In this document: piece after piece, positions 61,310-64,000 of the stretch
Numbering within the stretch: position 1 is the stretch's first letter
Layout of the letters: each line of letters begins with the position of its first letter
Assembly: GCF_036365525.1 (NCBI RefSeq)
Contig: NC_090373.1
Location: 85,061,221 to 85,125,220 of the forward strand
Direction of reading: 5' to 3'
DNA from: Heterodontus francisci
Lineage: Eukaryota
DNA length: 64,000 bases
Translations under genes and position numbers: made by a program
The notes under the pieces: model-generated
Seen by the model: the letters and a program-made list of their open reading frames with translations, nothing else
Told to the model about the DNA's origin: nothing
The model's database searches: none

Positions 61310-61662
61310 GCAGCACAGTGGTGCAGTGGTTAGCACTGCAGCCTCACAGCTCCAGCGACCCGGGTTCAATTCTGGGTACTGCCTGTGTGGAGTTTGCAAG
61401 TTCTCCCTGTTTCTGCGTGGGTTTCCTCCGGGTGCTCCTGTTTCCTCCCACATGCCAAAGACTTGCAGGTTGATAGGTAAATTGGCCATTATAAATTGCC
61501 CCTAATATAGGTAGGTGGTAGGGAAATATAGGGACAGGTGGGGATGTGGTAGTAATATGGAATTAGTGTAGGATTAGTATAAATGGGTGGTTGATGGTCG
61601 GCACAGACTCGGTGGGCCGAAGGGTCTGTTTCAGTGCTGTATCTCTAAATAAATAAATAAAT
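61310..61662 (+). mobile_element. HE1-type V-SINE inserted in a degenerate MITE
   Basis: Full A/B boxes, V core, (TAAA)n tail. Confidence 0.88.
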
Positions 61663-62889
61663 GACCCGCCTCTCAAGAGCAGGTTATTCACTTGACCCTG
61701 CAACCTGCCTCTGTTAAAACTGGAAGGATTTTCTATCTTCACTCCTGAATAGCCTAGCTCTAACTTTCAAATGTAAAGTGGGTACAAGTTATAATTCAAA
61801 GCACCTCCTATGTTAGGCCTAGTACACGAAGTATTGAGGATATGAACATCAGATAAATTTTAGAAATATACAAAAATAAAACTGCTTCATTTACTCTGAA
61901 GTCCCAAAGATTTAACTTTCTGGCCAAATATTATGGCCCCTGTATTTACTGGAAGGAAGCAGCGGATGGGCTTTGTTGGGGTGAGGAGGTTGTAGTGGTT
62001 GGGTTTGAGATGTGTTCCAGGTGGGTTGGGATCTGGTTTCAGGTTTTTGAAATTTTAATAGCCGCCCCCTCCACCGCCAAACCCTTCCCACCTGTCTTTG
62101 GGAGTAAAAATTCCCCCTATTAGTCAGTTTAAATCTCTGCTCAAGATCTGCATGCTCTTTAACACCAGCTTTTACATAATTTTCACATTCCTGTAATTGT
62201 CTTGAGGCTTTTCAAGAAATAGAGTGGTGTTTGCTCATCTGCCATCTGCAAGCAAGTTAACTCATTAAAAAATGCAAAAGCCAATACTTAATTTTCAGAA
62301 AGCTCTAACATACTCCTGTATTATTTGTTTTAATGATCAACTATGATTTCAAGAGGCAGCCTGCAAAGCTTTAGGGAATTCTGTTGCAACCTATTGTGAG
62401 TCAAATCATTATGGTAAAGACAATCACAATGATACCAAACTACAGTTAGTCCAGAAAGTTCAACTCAAAAAGGGAAATGTTGCTTCTTCTTTGAGATGCT
62501 TTCCGCACTTTTCAAAAGACTTTCAGAATTTTTGCTAGCTACTGTAACACTTCACTTTAATTATTCCCCAATCTTCATTTTCACTTACTAACAGTTTTCC
62601 ATTCCCATAATTATAAGTGTACAATTATTCACATAACGATTCACAGATCCAGGTGCAGAATGTGTTTCCTACACCTGCATAAGTCTGTACCTGGATTTAT
62701 GAGTAAGTATTCCAAGTGCCATAGGATATTTGAGTGATGTTAGCATTTTACCATCTAGCAGGATTAGCCGCATTTGTTAACTATTTAAATCTGAGTGCAG
62801 AAGTAGTCAAAATCAGTCACTTACCTTTATTCGCCACTATGTTTATTAAGTATATTTTATGTGAGTGCATGAGCACACACATGCATGCA

Positions 62890-64000
62890 TTTCTTATATG
62901 TTTGATTCATACTGGAACTTAGCCATAGGAAGGAATAAAACTGAGGTCCTGCAAAGGAAGTTTCAAGACTTAAGAAATAAATTAAAGAGTAGTATCCTCA
63001 GGATTTGACTAGGTTCCATATGATATTCGCTTTAAGAATAGCAAGAAATGGGCAGTAAATGCTTGGCTCGAGAGTTGGTATAGGAGAGGAAAGCTTCAAT
63101 TTCCTTAGATTTTAAGACCAGTGCTGAAACAGGAGTAGCCTCTATATCCCGTGGCAGAGATGCTAAAACTTTTAAATTGAGATGGAATTGGAAACATGGG
63201 CATCCTAGGGGAAAATGTGGAAAATGTGTTGGTAATAACTTCAGAAAGAAAATTGTTTCTGAAACAATTGGAACGCAAAGTCGCATGCAGCCAAGGCTGT
63301 TGAGGGACATCAAAGAGAAGATAGCAGAGGGTTTGCCTCAGAAATGAGAATTGGAGAGTATCTAATGTAACACATTTGGTCAAGAAGCAAAAATAGGTAA
63401 CTATAGACCAGTTAATCCAATGTCAGTTGTGGGCTAACTCTGAGAATTCATAATTCAAGATAAAATGAGCTGGTGTTTAGTAAAAAAGCTTGAATTTATC
63501 TAGTGCCTTTCACATCCTCAGGGCATTTTAAAGACTTTCACAGCCAATAACTTTTGAAGTGTAGTCACTATTGTTTTGCAGGTGAATGCAACAGCCATTT
63601 TGCACACACCAAGGTCCCACAAGCAGCAATGAAATAAATAATCGGTTCATCTGTTTTGGTGGTCTTTGATGAGGGATAAATTAATGCAAGAACATTGGGA
63701 GAACTCCTCTTGTTCAAATAATGCCATAAGATAGCCACCTGAATAGGCAGACAGGGTCTTCGTTTAATGTTCTCATCTAGTGGACTGCATTCTGACAATG
63801 CAGTAGTCCCTCAGTTACTGCACTACAGTGCCAACCTAGGTAATGTACTCAAGTTTTGGAATGGAGCTTGAATGAATGATCTTCTGACTAAGAGTTGAGA
63901 GTGCTACCTTTGAACAAGCTGCTATTTTTAGAGCTGTATAAAATAATCAAAGACAACCAGCAGCTTTGTTAAAGGTAAGTCATGTTTGATAAAATTTAAT
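62890..64000 (+). mobile_element. Very decayed CR1 remnants (ORF1 esterase-like and RT pieces), split by a DeuSINE
   Basis: LIHTGT..IGRNKTEVLQRKFQDLRNKLKS and NAWLESW read at ~62900-63080; GNYRPV at ~63397; VKGKSCL at ~63970. Confidence 0.6.
63488..63915 (-). mobile_element. DeuSINE (SacSINE1/AmnSINE-like)
   Basis: Recognised Deu-domain and tail segments (GCAGACAGGGTCTTCGTTTAATG, CTGACAATGCAGTAGTCCCTCAGT, CACAGCCAAT...TTTTGAAGTGTAGTCACT) with a decayed tRNA-like head near 63900. Confidence 0.75.

Overview
Eukaryotic, transposon-dense window. The repeat families (HE1-type V-SINEs with their CR1/HER1 partner, a DeuSINE) point to a cartilaginous fish (shark/ray); the species cannot be assigned. 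No intact host gene is present, only one candidate 148-nt minus-strand exon (34596-34743). Most ORF-track entries are decayed TE fragments or antisense shadows. Contents: many CR1 fragments, three copies of a single-ORF EN-RT LINE, four Gypsy proviral remnants plus solo LTRs, an env-bearing LTR provirus nested in a hAT element nested in a Gypsy, PIF/Harbinger remnants and MITEs, and Penelope-type ends including an intact minimal hammerhead ribozyme. Most striking: the near full-length LINE at 2873-6173 (-) begins with a tRNA-like Pol III promoter (A/B boxes) and has no room for ORF1. By eye it has no TTTT Pol III terminator on its sense strand for about 3.3 kb until its 3' end. A SINE at 17350-17747 is its 5' head joined to its 3' tail. 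Together these suggest a Pol III-transcribed, protein-coding retrotransposon with a deletion-derived SINE. All readings are manual; no searches or alignments were run.
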